Assembly: GCA_964199315.1 (NCBI GenBank)
Contig: OZ116705.1
Coordinates: 30,832,551 to 30,878,000, forward strand
Reading direction: 5' to 3'
Source: Orbicella franksi
Taxonomy: Eukaryota
Length of the DNA stretch: 45,450 nucleotides
The notes under the pieces were generated by a model. That model did no database searches. It saw nothing but the letters and a program-made list of their open reading frames with translations, and had not been told where the DNA came from. The stretch's first letter is position 1. The number at the start of each line of letters is the position of its first letter. The translations under genes were made by a program, and so were the position numbers. Below are positions 44,871 through 45,450 of this stretch, in pieces.

Positions 44871-45450
44871 TGTTTTTTTTTTTTTTACAGTAACAGAAAG
44901 CCAAAACAATCAAGGGTAGACCTCTGATAAGAGAAATCACTGGAACAAAGCGTGAGAGAACCTGAATTTCATGTAGCCAAAATTATCTGAAGTCATGATG
45001 TCATAAACTTCAAACTAAATTACAGCTGTACATACAAATACTACTGAAAAACTAAACTGCAGAAATGGAATTTCTGTAATTTATTAACCTCTATTCCATT
45101 CAGAAATTCTTGAAAACCAGCTGTATTACTGCCAAGTTCAGTTAACTTGTGTCAGATCTTTAGTTAGCACTTCTGTATTTTGAACAAGCTTTAAGTCTAT
45201 AGATAAAAAGAGTCTAAATATATGATTGATTTTATTGATTGACCAGTACTTTGAACACAGACAGAAAAGTAGAATCTGTTCATAGAGATTGACGTCAAAC
45301 TTTGACTTAAATACATGTTTTTCACCATACAGTTGAATCTAATCTAAAATTTTATATATATAATCTTAAACAATTTTGTTCTCTCTTTGAGGAAACTCAT
45401 TTACATGTAATTAGTTGCTCATGTCAGGAACTGACAATGCTAAACATGCT

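Noticed and set aside
1-45450. Horizontally acquired bacterial/viral operon or defence system
   Set aside because: All recognisable coding sequence is intron-containing metazoan genes or eukaryotic transposons.

Overview
Eukaryotic, intron-rich genomic DNA. The repeat families and gene structures look like a stony coral or other anthozoan (inferred, not proven). No prokaryotic system, CRISPR array or rRNA is present. Main contents: (1) two head-to-head EXTL3 (heparan-sulfate GlcNAc-transferase) paralogs. The plus copy is intact with 5 exons (8483-13549, about 890 aa). The minus copy (3783 to at least 283, running off the left edge) has one TGG>TGA stop, an in-frame 49-codon coiled-coil deletion and a diverged GT64 domain. 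(2) A very young 6.0-kb BEL/Pao LTR retrotransposon (16136-22138) inserted into a MITE TIR. (3) An 18-exon OFCC1/ojoplano-like gene (25018-40324, 1406 aa by my exon chain). (4) Exon 1 of an SDR16C-type dehydrogenase (43409-43861). (5) Many MITE, SINE and LINE remnants. The most interesting structure is the EXTL3 pair. A 962-bp ungapped inverted tract is about 97% identical in protein and contains 229 bp of perfect DNA identity, while its flanks are only about 58-84% identical, which points to gene conversion. The geometry would let an inversion swap which GT64 domain is attached to the stop-free N-terminus (hypothesis only). Both copies also keep a conserved 5-codon uORF. Secondary observations: an inverted, circularly permuted tRNA-like unit, enriched TACATGTA Tc1-type footprints, and a Kolobok-type nest starting at the EXTL3 stop codon.
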